IMG/VR virus record: IMGVR_UViG_3300028048_000004
Span: 6,958 to 70,957 of that record
Direction: 5' to 3' (one strand)
DNA: 64,000 bases
From: a virus
Lineage: Duplodnaviria; Caudoviricetes
The notes beneath the pieces were generated by a model, which made no database searches, was not told where the DNA came from, and saw only the letters and a list, made by a program, of their open reading frames with translations. Each line of letters opens with the position of its first letter. Positions within the stretch are counted from its first letter, which is position 1. Shown piece after piece: positions 63,809 through 64,000 of the stretch. The position numbers were made by a program, and so were the translations under genes.

Positions 63809-64000
63809 CCACTTTCGGACAATTTTATGAAGAAATTTGATCCGTGGTACCTTTGTTCTGGGTAAGGTTTTTGCTATGGGTAAAATACCGTTTACTGTTT
63901 TTCCAGTATATCCATACCGTCATACTGTACATTTGGTACCAGACACAGCAGCTTAAATTCTGCGTCCAGCAGTGCCTGTCCCTCACTGGTAGCCTCTACC

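Noticed and set aside
972-63840. All plus-strand ORFs in the track
   Set aside because: They are antisense shadows of well-supported minus-strand genes; no plus-strand gene with an RBS and recognisable product was found.
1-64000. Stop-codon reassignment
   Set aside because: Core genes are intact under code 11, all three stops are used as terminators, and no suppressor tRNA was found; the breaks in polA and the helicase are explained by an intron and an intein.
1-64000. Lysogeny module or prophage boundaries
   Set aside because: No integrase, att-like site or host genes seen; lifestyle cannot be determined because the genome extends beyond the window.

Overview
This window is most of a tailed dsDNA phage genome with Siphoviridae-type morphogenesis genes. 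The likely host is a Bacillota/Clostridia-type bacterium, inferred from sigma70-type promoters, AGGAGG RBSs and a CHAP/PG-binding lysin. Essentially all genes are on the minus strand. In transcription order (right to left): small early genes; terS, endolysin, terL; portal; two fibre-like genes; head and tail module with tape measure; holin-like genes; a low-complexity accessory block; a SNF2 helicase split by a naturally split intein; replication initiator, DnaC-like loader, DnaB, primase, SSB; family A DNA polymerase interrupted by a group I intron; a queD-like/glycosyltransferase/dpdA/yhhQ cluster; DnaN, Cas4/RecB-like nuclease, RecU, MazG, ThyX-like, RecA; a tRNA/ncRNA island; DnaX and a truncated HolB. 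The replication and deazaguanine content recalls Streptococcus phage Dp-1. Main observations: (1) three free-standing homing endonucleases sit inside a tRNA-Gln gene, a thyX-like gene and the primase gene, each next to a divergent replacement of the disrupted part, with the orphaned remnant still visible; (2) a promoter plus two-hairpin kissing-loop leader with compensatory changes precedes two unrelated HNH genes, and an analogous leader precedes the initiator; (3) an endonuclease-free split intein; (4) a roughly 630-nt densely folded ncRNA and two tRNA-Leu-like RNAs with non-canonical anticodon arms; (5) a probable glycosylated 7-deazaguanine DNA modification pathway. All calls come from reading the sequence by eye; no database searches or folding programs were run.
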